This document shows positions 36,501-46,057 of a DNA stretch of 64,000 bases, in pieces (the first letter of the stretch is position 1; each line of letters opens with the position of its first letter). This stretch comes from a bacterium. GTDB taxonomy: Bacteria > Electryoneota > Electryoneia > Electryoneales > Electryoneaceae. A program made the translations under genes and the position numbers. Location of the stretch: NCBI GenBank assembly GCA_963675295.2, contig CAXXKJ010000002.1, positions 2,560,001 through 2,624,000 on the forward strand, written 5' to 3'. A model generated the notes under the pieces. It was not told where the DNA came from, made no database searches, and saw only the letters and a list, made by a program, of their open reading frames with translations.

Positions 36501-36884
36501 GACGTCACCGTCCGGGGTCCAACCGCGCACAATGTCGCCTTCCGGGTGGTAGGTCAGACGAATCGGCGCGCCGCCGTCGGTACTGACAACGTAGACATCC
36601 GTGTTGCCATCGTACTCACCGGAGAATGCGATCCACTTTCCATCCGGGGAGAAGTAAGGGCTGCCCTCGATGCCATCGTGAACCGTTAGCCGGCGCGGGT
36701 CGCTGCCGTCCCGGTTGGCGATCCAGATATCGCCGGAGTAATAAAAGGAAACATGATCATCATGAATGTCGGGGAGTCGAAGTAATTTTGTCGGCTCCAT
36801 CTGGGCGCTGGCCATCCCCGCAAACAGGAACAGGGAAAACAGTGCCACCATGCCACACATCCGCACGCAGGTTCGCATGCGCAC
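33600..36884 (-). CDS. tricorn protease (S41 family)
   Basis: PD40 beta-propellers, GELVVGHAY, PDZ, IIDERFNGGG, GSGGD catalytic Ser, GTRTWGG. Confidence 0.95.
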   Translation of the reverse strand: MRMRTCVRMCGMVALFSLFLFAGMASAQMEPTKLLRLPDIHDDHVSFYYSGDIWIANRDGSDPRRLTVHDGIEGSPYFSPDGKWIAFSGEYDGNTDVYVVSTDGGAPIRLTYHPEGDIVRGWTPDGDVLFLSTRNSETRRYGKLFTVSTDGGWPEQVELPRVSRACFSPNGQQIAYTMVGDPFATWKRYRGGLSPWIWIFDRSSMDVTEIPRASFTDPVTGGETHANDTYPVWLGDMIYFLSDRNHTMNVFSYNTNTGEVSQLTTYRDYDVKSLKGYDNTLVFEQAGEIHTLDTTSGRINVVDVYINPDLPDTRPHFEDVGNMAHWFEVSPTGKRGLFTARGDVWTVPEDKGEVRNITNTPGVNERYALWSPKGGMIAYLSDASGEYRLHIVDQLGKDEPEIHKIGPDNYYFLESWDPEGEKVLYTDNLRSLFYYDVEDKKVVKVATDCMGRWFDPTWSADGRYIAYRGTLPNEFGAIFVYDTESKDTHQITDGTSLVGDPAFSRDGKYLFFTSSTDVGLQIAGSEMSSYGREMSDEIYMAVLQADEPSPFAPESDEEEVVADEEDDEDDADEAEDAEDDDDGEEEDDGMPAIDFAGIDQRIISVPAGSGMFWGLQTAEGGYLFYIDDGSIKRFSIDDQESEDFLSGSYNFMISADGNKLMYSGSGSYGIVDVTGSPSPGDGSLDLSDMQVRVEPRKEWEQIFHEVWRYERDFFYDPDMHGVDWDAAYKKYQPFVKYVGHREDLNFLIGELIGELVVGHAYRWGGDMPDVDRVNVGLLGAEYSPENGRYRFDTIFSGLNWDAEERSPLTEPGVDVSVGDYLLAVNGMEITDDDNLFEFFQNLAGKQVVLTVNDKPSMNDAREVTVEPLRSERALRLRDWVDGNRDKVAAATNGRAGYVYMPNTAGAGYEFFTRYFFSQLDKDGVIIDERFNGGGHIADFVVDMLDRPLVNYWTNRSGSFEQSPTATVLGPKVMLINESAGSGGDWLPFAFKKRNIGTIVGTRTWGGLVGISGMPELLDGGAVTVPNWAFFNPDGSWGVENYGVAPDVYVQQTPKDVIAGKDPQLDKAIQIINQQLDGFDPPEPNPDPRPKRARR

Positions 36885-37289
36885 CTCCTTCAGCTGGTTG
36901 GTGTCCTGCCACTTGGACTATGACTTCAATCATCTGGAATTCGATAGTGCCAGTCCTGACGGCAACTTGAAAGTTCGCCATCTCCAACGACAAACGGTGT
37001 CGCGTTTCTTGTTTCATGTGCATCCAGAGAGACGAAACCGATAACTCTGTGCAACTCAGAAACAGACCGCAGACCACGAGTTCTTGTTGCTTCATCCATT
37101 GAGTGAACTCAAAGAACAAAGGATGGAGCAGTTCTCGAAATACGTCGCCCGTTCAGCGGAATTTCCGCGAAGTGGTCACTCTATGTTACGCTTCTGGCCG
37201 TTGTGTCGTTGGGGGAACCACGTCCTGACCCTGCCTACTTGACGCGAAGCAGGTACAATTGGTTACACAACAGATGGCAGTGAGATGAA

Positions 37290-37318
37290 ACAGGCCGAAG
37301 CGTGATGCTCCGGCCTGT
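37290..37318 (-). terminator. probable terminator after S8 gene
   Basis: acaggccg...cggcctgt hairpin. Confidence 0.55.
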
Positions 37319-37343
37319 GGCGTCATTTGCTGAACTGGAGGAT

Positions 37344-39482
37344 CTACTTCACCAACATGATCTTCTGCGTGTGATGCAGATGACCTGGTACGGTCGCCTG
37401 CACGAAGTACATGCCACTGCTGAAGTTCCGGGCGTTGATGCTGAACTCGTGCACGCCGGCCGTGTACGATCCGGACGCAACTCGCAGTGTTTCCCGTCCG
37501 AGTATGTCGTAGACGGTGACCGTCAACCGGGAGGTCTCCGGAAGCCGAACGTTCAAGGTGGTCATCGCGTTGAACGGGTTCGGATACGCCGCGCCGACTT
37601 CGTACTCCTGAGGCAGGGTGGAGGGGGCGCCGTGTTCGCCGTACGCCACCGCTTCCGGCCAGTTGCCGGATTCCCATTTGTCAACAGCACTCGGTTCGTT
37701 GCCGGAAACCTTGGTGAAGATGAGGTGGTCGCTGTCGGCCACCGCGCCATTCAGGTCGCCGATATTCGCGAGGAAGTTGTAGACCCCACTCGGCGCACCG
37801 CCGGGAACCGCGACCTGCAACGTGAACTGCGCCGTCGCACCAGCGGCCATGCTGTAGTTCGGCTGAGCGAGGATCGGACCGTACGGGGAGCCGTTCGGCA
37901 GGATTGCCGAGGTCCACGCGTCGAAGGTCTGCGCAGTGCCGGTGTTGTTCGAAATGGTGACGTTGTACCCGAACGATCCGCCGGACGCGTTGACGTTCAC
38001 CGGTGAAACCAGCGGAACGAGATCGATGTTCGGCTCGTCACTCGGCGGATAATCGGCCTGCGCCAGCTGCAGCGAGTTGTACACGTTCACCCGGCCGGCA
38101 CCCAACATGCCGATGTAGCCCGGGTTCTGAGCGTCGATGTTTTCGCAACCGGCAAGCATGTACGACTCGAGATCGGCGACGGTCATGCTCGGGTTGTAGC
38201 TCTTGACCAGCGCGGCGCACGCTGCAGCGTTGGGGGAAGCCATCGAGGTGCCGTCATAACTGTCGTAGGACTGGCCCGGGACGGTGCTCCAGATGTTCAC
38301 ACCAGGCGCGGACAGGTCAACCCATGTGCCGTAGGTGCTGAAGGAGGCGCGCACGTCGTTAACATCCGTCGCGGCGACGGAGATAACGTTGTCGTAACCC
38401 GCCGGATAGTTGATCACCTGGTTGTCCGAGTTGCCGGCTGAGGCGAAGATCAAAACGCCCAGCGAACGTGCGTAGTTGACAGCGTCCTGGTAGAACTGGT
38501 CGGCCTGGGTGCCGCCGAAGGAAATGCTGACCACATCCGAGCCGTTCTCCGCGGCGTACTGGATCGCGGCGGCAAAGTCGACTGCATCACCAACGCCGAG
38601 GATGATAAACAGGAGGCGATAGGCGTACCCGGCACGCAGTGGCATGTTCGACACATTCCACGAGGCCGACGGAACACCACCAACATTGTTCGTGGTCGAG
38701 GCCGTGGTGCCGGAAACATGGGTGCCGTGACCGACAATGTCAGGCCAGACACGGTTATCACGCGGGCCGTAGTCTTCGCCCGGAGCCTGGAACAGTCCGC
38801 CAACCGTCGCCGATACAAAGTCCCAACCGGCGATGTCGTCGACGTACCCGTTGTTGTCATCGTCCACGCCGTTCAGATCGGACGCATCCCAGTAACCATT
38901 GCCGTTGAGATCTTCGCCCGCGTTGATGTGAATGTTTTGCTGCAGGTCGGGGTGGGTGAGTTCGCAGCCGGTGTCGATCGTGGTCACGATCACGTCGTCA
39001 TTACCGATCTGTTCGTCCCACGCATCGTCCGCCTGCATCTTCTGCATCGCCCAGACATTGTAGTTGCCGTCATCCATCGGGGTCAGATCAGCGAACTGAA
39101 GGGCGGAAAACTCGGCGGATTCCACCGATTCCAACGATTCAAGGGCTGTGAAGCTGGAACGATAGGGGGTGACATCGACGTTCGTCACCTTGAACCAGCG
39201 GTGCAACCCATGCTGACGCCACAAGGCTTCATGTTCTGGATTCACTGGGACGGTGAAAAGTGGCTCATAGCTGGCAGATGAAAGGACGCTATTCAGGTCC
39301 TGAGGCGCAGCCTGCGTGTTGCGCAGCACGTCGGCGGCATTGTCCGTCAGTTCGAGTACCAGGGTTGGAGTGTGTTGTGCGATGATTTCGGCTTTCGCCT
39401 GAGCATAGTCCGGGTTGGACCGTGCGAAACCGGCTGGGACGCAAAGCAGCAATGCCAGTCCGATCAACAGTACGTTTTTCAT
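37344..39482 (-). CDS. S8 subtilisin-like protease with T9SS type-A CTD
   Basis: IDTG, GHGTHVSG, SAGN, GTSMASP catalytic motifs; YPNPFN..YDILGR..SSGMYF..KIMLVK. Confidence 0.95.
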   Translation of the reverse strand: MKNVLLIGLALLLCVPAGFARSNPDYAQAKAEIIAQHTPTLVLELTDNAADVLRNTQAAPQDLNSVLSSASYEPLFTVPVNPEHEALWRQHGLHRWFKVTNVDVTPYRSSFTALESLESVESAEFSALQFADLTPMDDGNYNVWAMQKMQADDAWDEQIGNDDVIVTTIDTGCELTHPDLQQNIHINAGEDLNGNGYWDASDLNGVDDDNNGYVDDIAGWDFVSATVGGLFQAPGEDYGPRDNRVWPDIVGHGTHVSGTTASTTNNVGGVPSASWNVSNMPLRAGYAYRLLFIILGVGDAVDFAAAIQYAAENGSDVVSISFGGTQADQFYQDAVNYARSLGVLIFASAGNSDNQVINYPAGYDNVISVAATDVNDVRASFSTYGTWVDLSAPGVNIWSTVPGQSYDSYDGTSMASPNAAACAALVKSYNPSMTVADLESYMLAGCENIDAQNPGYIGMLGAGRVNVYNSLQLAQADYPPSDEPNIDLVPLVSPVNVNASGGSFGYNVTISNNTGTAQTFDAWTSAILPNGSPYGPILAQPNYSMAAGATAQFTLQVAVPGGAPSGVYNFLANIGDLNGAVADSDHLIFTKVSGNEPSAVDKWESGNWPEAVAYGEHGAPSTLPQEYEVGAAYPNPFNAMTTLNVRLPETSRLTVTVYDILGRETLRVASGSYTAGVHEFSINARNFSSGMYFVQATVPGHLHHTQKIMLVK

Positions 39483-39774
39483 GCGTTTCTCCCCGCGTTA
39501 ACCAATGAGTAACTGAAGAACGGCAAGGTAGTAAAACCAGAGTTCGGAAAGCATAATTATGACGGAGAAAATGCGAAAAATCGGGAGGCGAGAGGGCAAG
39601 ATGATTCAGAAGCTCGCATCGAGACTGTTGCGGCTGTGAAGTACTAATGTGCCCGTGTCAGCTTGCTGACGCGGATGATCCCAGACATGAATGTCTGGGG
39701 CATGGTTGTAGATATTTGTCTTCAGGACTCAGGATCATAGCACCCGATTTGGCAACGGCACCAACCCGGGCCAC

Positions 39775-39906
39775 ACCACAGACCACAGACCACAGACCAC
39801 AGACCACAGACCACAGACCACAGACCACAGACCACAGACCACAGACCACAGACCACAGACCACAGACCACAGACCACAGACCACAGACCACAGACCACAG
39901 ACCACA
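39775..39906 (+). repeat. perfect heptamer tandem array (ACCACAG)18
   Basis: 18 exact copies 39775-39900 plus partial ACCACA. Confidence 0.97.
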
Positions 39907-39971
39907 ACGGGGGGACAGGACCAGTCAACACCAATCCAATACTGGATATCCTCAATTATACATAACGTACC

Positions 39972-41279
39972 TTATCGGGTCAAGCTGGTGATGCGGGAAT
40001 GGGTTGGGCGACGGGCGGAAAAGCCGGCCGCCAGTCCGACAGCGTTCTCGCCGTACCGGTCACGGAGACCGTCCACCGCCGAAAACAGATCGTGTCGGCG
40101 TTGCCGGTTGCTCTCGTTGAACACGTCCGCCTGGATCCCGTGCGGTTCCCCGGGACGAATCAGTCCGGCCACACTCACGCCGACCAGACGTACCGGAATG
40201 CCGTCTTCTTCGCGCCAGATGTCATTCAACAGATCACGCACGACCCTGTAGATCTCGACCGGATCATTTGTCCATTCCTTGATCACGTGCTGGTGGCTGT
40301 GCGTCGCGAAATCGTGCGTCCGCAGCTTCAAGGTGACTCGTCGTCCAAGGAATCCGTCCCGGCGCATCCGTCTCGCCACCCGTTCGCACTGGTTCAGCAG
40401 CGTGGCGTGCAATGTGGCCGCGTCGGAAACATCCGCATGAAACGTATTTTCGTGCCCTTTGGACTTGTCAATCGTCGGCCGCTCAATGCCGACATCGTCC
40501 AATCCGGACGCGCCCTGCATTTTCGCGGACAGGTCCCGCCCGTATTTACCGAGTTTCATCGTCAGCAGCGACCGTGGACAGTCAATCAGGTCCTTCACGG
40601 TGTGGACATTCAGCGCTTTCAGCACCATTTCGGTCGCCGGACCGACGCCCGGGATCTTGCGAATTGGCAACGGGCCAAGTTTGGCCGCGACCTGATGTGA
40701 TTCGATGATGGTCAGGCCGTCCGGTTTGTTGAGCCCGGACCCGATTTTGGCGACCACTCGGGACGGTCCGATTCCGACGGACGCCGTCAGGCCCAGATTG
40801 CCGCGGATGGTGTCCTTGATCGCGTTGCCATACGCATTCAGATCTCCGTACAAATGAAAGCATCCGGTGGCATCGAGGAACGCTTCGTCGATGCTGTACG
40901 GTTCAACATCCGGGCTGAAGCGCCGCAGAATCTCCATCACTTCCAGCGAAACCCATGTGTATTTTCCACCTTTGGTGCTGACATGAATTGCATCCGGACA
41001 CAGTTGTTCCACCCGTGCGATGGACATGCCGGCGTGCACCCCGTACTGCCGGGCGACGTAATTGGCGGTGGTGACCACGCCCCGGCTGCCTTTCGGGCCG
41101 CCTACGACGACCGGTTTGCCGCGCAGGGACGGGTTGTCCCGTTCCTCGATCGCGGCGAAGAACGCATCCATGTCAACATGGACGACCACGCTCGCCGGTT
41201 TCAGCGCTCGTGGTTTACCGTTGTCGAGATGTTTGCGCCCGTCCGCAGCCAGGCGTTCTCTGACTTCCGCGCGCATCAT
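39972..41279 (-). CDS. dinB: DNA polymerase IV (Y-family)
   Basis: HVDMDAFFAAIE, NYVAR..GV..GM, SIDEAFLD, KPDG, RLVGV. Confidence 0.95.
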   Translation of the reverse strand: MMRAEVRERLAADGRKHLDNGKPRALKPASVVVHVDMDAFFAAIEERDNPSLRGKPVVVGGPKGSRGVVTTANYVARQYGVHAGMSIARVEQLCPDAIHVSTKGGKYTWVSLEVMEILRRFSPDVEPYSIDEAFLDATGCFHLYGDLNAYGNAIKDTIRGNLGLTASVGIGPSRVVAKIGSGLNKPDGLTIIESHQVAAKLGPLPIRKIPGVGPATEMVLKALNVHTVKDLIDCPRSLLTMKLGKYGRDLSAKMQGASGLDDVGIERPTIDKSKGHENTFHADVSDAATLHATLLNQCERVARRMRRDGFLGRRVTLKLRTHDFATHSHQHVIKEWTNDPVEIYRVVRDLLNDIWREEDGIPVRLVGVSVAGLIRPGEPHGIQADVFNESNRQRRHDLFSAVDGLRDRYGENAVGLAAGFSARRPTHSRITSLTR

Positions 41280-41409
41280 GAGTCAGTCTCTAGTCTCTGG
41301 TCTTTCGTCTCACGGGTCTTTCTACATGCGTCTCGTCCGCGTTTGCAAGCAAACACGGGCACATTTCACATTTTCCGCAGCCCACAGCCTCAAGTCTCAC
41401 ATCTCAATT

Positions 41410-41664
41410 TTATCCCACCAGGCACACCCGGCTCAGCATCCAACCTCGTGTGTCGCTGTTGTAGGTCAGCTCATAGACATCGGGTCCCGTGGTCATCACT
41501 GAATAGTGGTAAAACCGTGTCTGGCCCTGGTCGGAAACCCACTCGCCGTTGACACGCTGGATCCGGTACACCCGGTCCCGCCAGCGGAATTTCAACGGCT
41601 GGATGCGTCCGTCGCGAAACAGCGCGATCAGTTCGATTCGATCTCCGATGTCTTCGTACCGCAT
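41410..41664 (-). CDS. small DUF6504-like protein
   Basis: PLKFRWRDRVYRIQRV..W..YELTY..W.L pattern; ATG at 41664; upstream of dinB. Confidence 0.7.
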   Translation of the reverse strand: MRYEDIGDRIELIALFRDGRIQPLKFRWRDRVYRIQRVNGEWVSDQGQTRFYHYSVMTTGPDVYELTYNSDTRGWMLSRVCLVG

Positions 41665-41719
41665 GGATGAGCAAACCTTTATAAATAAAGGATCTATGTT
41701 TTCTCTGTACTCCCAGCCT

Positions 41720-41731
41720 GTACAAATGTTC
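41720..41731 (-). promoter_or_regulatory. putative LexA (GAAC-N4-GTTC type) SOS box
   Basis: Minus strand GAACATTTGTAC overlapping a TTGAAC -35-like hexamer, upstream of the dinB cassette. Confidence 0.55.
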
Positions 41732-41824
41732 AATTGAAAGATACGACCACTGAACACGGGGATCAAGGGGCAGGTTGGGAGTCGTGCAGGTTGCCGGGTG
41801 AGGTGGCTCCACCCCGCTCCGGGC

Positions 41825-43357
41825 CTAGAAGAATGTGCCCAGGCGAATCCGGAACAGGAGGCCGTCGGACGGATACCGCGCGCTGCGCATCACTTCAGCG
41901 CGGATCATATCGCGATACGGGATGTGCAGGATCAGGCCGAAGCCGTAGGCAACGTCCCAGCCTTCGGTCTCTGGGGAGTCGGAAAACGGTGAGGGTTCCT
42001 CCACCCCGCCGACGACGCCGTAATCGGTGAACAGGGCCGTTGAGATGCCGAACTTGAGGTTGCGGGTGTACTGGTTGACCGGTTCCCACAGCTTGAAGGT
42101 GAGGTAGCGAACGGGCAACACATCGGTGCGGAACTCGACGGTTGACAGCACCCGCCAGCTCCCTTCGAACACACGTTGCATCGAGGTGCGGATTCCGTTT
42201 TCCCGGTCCAGCAGCACTCGTTCGTAGATCGGGATATCGCCAATGTAGGTTGTCGCGCGGACACGTCCCGCAAAATGAATCCGGTCCACGGGTGTGTAGT
42301 AGGATGCGCCATACACTTCTGGTTTGACGAAGCGGCTGGCGATGTGGTTCAGGCCGATGCCGGACCCGAGAACAAACCGGTAGACGTAAGCGTTGTCCGG
42401 CCAGGCCTTGTAGGTACGTGTGTCACGTTCGTAGGCGATTTCAACTTCACCGACGATATCTTCCCCGCTCTCGGACTCGGTCAGCCACAGGTGGCGGCCA
42501 TCCCGGGATTCGAATGCTCGGGACCGCGCGCCGAGTTTGAACCAGCCGTAATTCTCCAAAGAGAAACGATAGCCGACTTTTCCGCTGACCAGGCGTTGCC
42601 GGCTGGTGACACCGGTGCGGTCCTTGAGGAAGCGAGGCTCATCTTCATTGGTGAAGCTGCCCTGCGTATTCAATGACCACTCGGTATGTTGCGGCGAGAG
42701 GTAGGGAATGTCCCATTCGAACTCAAAGCCGGTGATGTAGCCGTAGCGCCCGCTGATGGACAGCGTTTCGTTGCGTCCGCGGAAGTTATCGTGGGTGACG
42801 ATGCCGCCGTAGGACGCTCGGGTCGGATCGTTTTCATCCACCGCGAGGTACAAGCCGGGCCAGATGTACCATAGTTCGGTAACGTCCACAATCAGCGCGG
42901 TACGGTTGCGTGTCATCGAGCCGAGCTTCAGGTGTGCGCGGCTGAACAGTCCGAGCGATTCGAGACGGTCCTGGTCGCGTTTCATCGCTTCCGGGGTGGC
43001 AACGGAACCGGAATCAAGCTCCATTTCAGCGAAGAGCACGAATGGGTTGGTGACCTTGTTGCCGACAACGATTATGGTGTCGATCACCGGCGCTTCCCGG
43101 TTCGATTGCATGAAGCGGATGCTTGGGTCGAACTTGACCAACGATGGGTGGACACCGCCGATGGCCGGTTTGCTGGTATCGGCAGGGCTCCAGGCGAGTT
43201 CGGTGAACAGGTCGCGCTCCAGAGTACCGGCAAATCCGGACGCAGCAAACACACCTGTTCCCAGCATCAGCAGCAGGAACAGCAAGATGTGGGACTGGAT
43301 CGGCGATCCTGTACCGGCAGGAAACTGTGTCGCAAACAACTTCAGGGATATCACCAC
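41825..43357 (-). CDS. Omp85/BamA-TamA family protein with a single POTRA domain
   Basis: IIVVGNKVT..RLESLGLFS..VTE POTRA; NFRGRNE; FTDYG; C-terminal Phe; start uncertain. Confidence 0.85.
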   Translation of the reverse strand: MVISLKLFATQFPAGTGSPIQSHILLFLLLMLGTGVFAASGFAGTLERDLFTELAWSPADTSKPAIGGVHPSLVKFDPSIRFMQSNREAPVIDTIIVVGNKVTNPFVLFAEMELDSGSVATPEAMKRDQDRLESLGLFSRAHLKLGSMTRNRTALIVDVTELWYIWPGLYLAVDENDPTRASYGGIVTHDNFRGRNETLSISGRYGYITGFEFEWDIPYLSPQHTEWSLNTQGSFTNEDEPRFLKDRTGVTSRQRLVSGKVGYRFSLENYGWFKLGARSRAFESRDGRHLWLTESESGEDIVGEVEIAYERDTRTYKAWPDNAYVYRFVLGSGIGLNHIASRFVKPEVYGASYYTPVDRIHFAGRVRATTYIGDIPIYERVLLDRENGIRTSMQRVFEGSWRVLSTVEFRTDVLPVRYLTFKLWEPVNQYTRNLKFGISTALFTDYGVVGGVEEPSPFSDSPETEGWDVAYGFGLILHIPYRDMIRAEVMRSARYPSDGLLFRIRLGTFF

Positions 43358-43460
43358 ACGTAAATTCAGTGCAAACCGTGACGTTACACCGGCGGACCGG
43401 ACCCCGTCAACTCAACAGACCACAATGTATCGGTTGTACGCACGAGGTGGGGATTTGGAT

Positions 43461-45302
43461 TCACCAACGGTACACAAGTACCGCTTCCACCTGGTCGAGC
43501 CTGTCTCGTCCCGTTGCACTACTATCATCGACATCCTGCAGTACAACTTCGATGCCAACTCGCAGGTTGACGAGGCTCTGCGTTTCCAGCCGGAAGAAAG
43601 GGCCGGTAACGGTATATGTGCTCACTCGAGATCGCAATCTGCCTCCGTCTGGAGCCTCATCGAAGCGGTCCTCCTCGCGACGTTGCGAACGATAGCCGAG
43701 TTCGATCAGCAGATGCGACCAGTACAATTTGCTCAGGGACGCGGACCAGTACCACGCGCGTTTTTCGTCCGACACTTCCTGCACGAATTCACTCCACCGC
43801 AACCGTCCGCGATCCTCGAGATCAAGCCGACCGCTGAACGTCCCGCGCAGCCGCATCAGCAGGGGTACCTGGACCGTGTCCGCGACGGACCAGCGTCGGT
43901 AAACGTTGCTGCGAACGGTGCCGGTTTCCTCCTCGAAGTCGTAGTCGGTGTAGTTGGCGAGCACTTCGAAGATGGCGTGATTGCGCCAACCGTTGACCGG
44001 TTTCCATTCAACGCCCGGACTGATGCGAAAAACGCGGTTCCAGCGGTTGTCGCTGGAGCGGGTCCGGTGCAGGTTAACGACATGATCCAGCAGCACCAGA
44101 GCATCCATGGTCAGCTGCGTCCGATCCATGACCCGGAAGCTGGCGGACGAATTGAATCGGTGGATCAGGCGATCCCGGTCGGAGGTCTCGAGGCTGTCCG
44201 GCGAATCGTAGCGCCATTTTTCCGTACTCAGCCGGAAGGACAGGCTGTCCGGCCCGTGTTTCCAGTCGGCGGTGGCGCTGAGGATCTGGTTGCGGCCGAG
44301 GATCAGGTCGCCGTAGGTGCGGTCCTCCTGCCCGTACTGATACGACAACTCGCCAAGCCAGTAGCCCCAGAACGAGCGAACGGTGAGCCGATTGGTGAGG
44401 TCCATTTCATCGCCACGGCTCGGCCCGCCTCCACGGTAATCGACGGTGGATTTGCGGTAGCCGAGGTCGTAGATGCCGACCAGACTCGGCGTTAACGGAC
44501 TGCTCAATCGGTTGTCGATCTGGATGTCTTCGCTGATACGGCTGACAATCTGGCCGTTGGTGTTGAAGAACAGGTCGGAGCGCCGGTTCCGCCATGACGC
44601 CGCGAGCTGGTTGGTGGCGTCTCCGAACTGGTTCATCGTCAGTCCGCGGGTGAAGATATAGTGGTTGCGGCGGTTGCCGTACTGGTTTAGCCAACCGTCC
44701 GCCTGTACGTCCACCCCGCTGTCGAGCACATCGCCCCAGTATAATCCCGCGCTGCCGGACGGTCCCTGGCCGCTGCCTTCGTCCTGTTCGTCAAAAGCCC
44801 CACCGAGCAGCAGTTTGCTCTCGATGTTCGGCTGCGGATTGTATTCCACCCCGCCACGGGCCGCGCCGCGTGAAATGCGCGAGTTCTGGCCGAGTGGTGC
44901 GCGGGTGGTGGACGATTCGAGCAGGTCGTAGCCAACTGGTGTCCGGGAGAACACGCCGCGATCCGGGATGTAGGCGGCTTCACGGTCTTTGAACTCCTGC
45001 CCGCTGACCTCCACCAGCATGTTCAGGTCGGAGCGCACCCGTCGGGAGAGCTCCAGGCTGGCGCTGAGATCGTTCTTCCACTGGGATTCGTAGCCGGGCA
45101 GACGGCGTTGAGTCAACGAACCGTACCCGGCGGAACGGAGGGAGTACAGCGAATTCTCGACACGCAGGGTTTCCTGCAGCCGCCACAGCCGCGTGTCGAG
45201 TTCCTGGCGATAGGTAGCGGTGAGCGAATCGCTCACCTGGGCAGTGGCCAGCCCCGGGAGAAAAATCAGGCACAGCGCGATTCTCCGGAGGCGGCTGTTC
45301 AC
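43461..45302 (-). CDS. hypothetical outer-membrane beta-barrel protein
   Basis: Signal peptide ATA-Q; amphipathic strands throughout; ends LVYRW. Confidence 0.7.
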   Translation of the reverse strand: MNSRLRRIALCLIFLPGLATAQVSDSLTATYRQELDTRLWRLQETLRVENSLYSLRSAGYGSLTQRRLPGYESQWKNDLSASLELSRRVRSDLNMLVEVSGQEFKDREAAYIPDRGVFSRTPVGYDLLESSTTRAPLGQNSRISRGAARGGVEYNPQPNIESKLLLGGAFDEQDEGSGQGPSGSAGLYWGDVLDSGVDVQADGWLNQYGNRRNHYIFTRGLTMNQFGDATNQLAASWRNRRSDLFFNTNGQIVSRISEDIQIDNRLSSPLTPSLVGIYDLGYRKSTVDYRGGGPSRGDEMDLTNRLTVRSFWGYWLGELSYQYGQEDRTYGDLILGRNQILSATADWKHGPDSLSFRLSTEKWRYDSPDSLETSDRDRLIHRFNSSASFRVMDRTQLTMDALVLLDHVVNLHRTRSSDNRWNRVFRISPGVEWKPVNGWRNHAIFEVLANYTDYDFEEETGTVRSNVYRRWSVADTVQVPLLMRLRGTFSGRLDLEDRGRLRWSEFVQEVSDEKRAWYWSASLSKLYWSHLLIELGYRSQRREEDRFDEAPDGGRLRSRVSTYTVTGPFFRLETQSLVNLRVGIEVVLQDVDDSSATGRDRLDQVEAVLVYRW

Positions 45303-46051
45303 ATCTCGTCTTCCCGTCGGAAAGGTGGACGAACATCATCGTCGTGCAGCGGGTGCATGCGAATACCGAGCCGGCGGGCCGCATCACGCGATCCACCTCC
45401 CGCGCGTCCGACAATCGCACCCGCCGAGATGATCAGTTTCAACGCCTCCTCGACGGACATATTGAGGAACGCGACATCCTTTTTCGGCACAAACAGCAGG
45501 TAGCCGGAAGTCGGGTTCGGCGTTGTCGGCACGAAGATGCTGATCACATCCTCGGCGACAGCATCCTGCGGGGCACCTCTCGTGTCCTGGGTGACAAAAC
45601 CGATCGAATACACGTGCTCCTTCGGGTACTCAATGATGACCGCATACTTGAACACTTCTCTTTGGCCGCCGAGCAGCGCCTGCGAGATCTGTAGCACGGC
45701 GCTGTAGACCTTGTTCACCAGAGGGATGTGTTCGAACCATTTGTTGACCAGTTTGACCAGTCGGTCACCGAGGTATTGCCGCGAGAACCAGCCGGTGGCG
45801 ATGATCAGCAGAATCAACGTGATGAAGCCGATCCCGTAAATAATCTGCTGCTCGAAGAACGGAATCCCGATAATTTCGCCGAGCAGGTACTGGATCGGCC
45901 GCCCGAGCAGGCTGTCCATCACGATGAACAGATTGATGATGATCCAGAAGGTGACCATCACCGGCCCGAGTACGAGCAGGCCGGTGATGAAGTATCCCCG
46001 GAATCGCTTGAAATCCGTCGGCTGTACGTCTTTGTTCTGCGGCTCGGTCAT
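45299..46051 (-). CDS. DUF502 membrane protein
   Basis: FITGLLVLGP, IPLVNKVY, FVPTTPNPTSG, MSVEEALKLIISAG. Confidence 0.9.
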   Translation of the reverse strand: MTEPQNKDVQPTDFKRFRGYFITGLLVLGPVMVTFWIIINLFIVMDSLLGRPIQYLLGEIIGIPFFEQQIIYGIGFITLILLIIATGWFSRQYLGDRLVKLVNKWFEHIPLVNKVYSAVLQISQALLGGQREVFKYAVIIEYPKEHVYSIGFVTQDTRGAPQDAVAEDVISIFVPTTPNPTSGYLLFVPKKDVAFLNMSVEEALKLIISAGAIVGRAGGGSRDAARRLGIRMHPLHDDDVRPPFRREDEM

Positions 46052-46057
46052 TCACCC

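Noticed and set aside
37200-37245. SRP RNA-like GGGTCAGG on the - strand
   Set aside because: Lacks the following GGAAG-x-AGCAG domain IV motif
39647-39991. ORFs with PQTTDHR / LWSVVCG repeats; possible CRISPR
   Set aside because: Translations of the heptamer array; no spacers and no cas genes
42864-44495. Long + strand ORFs here and at 11449-12510, 19947-21047, 23573-24871, 34080-35258, 45728-46885, 62298-63656
   Set aside because: Antisense to confidently identified genes in GC-rich DNA; no motifs
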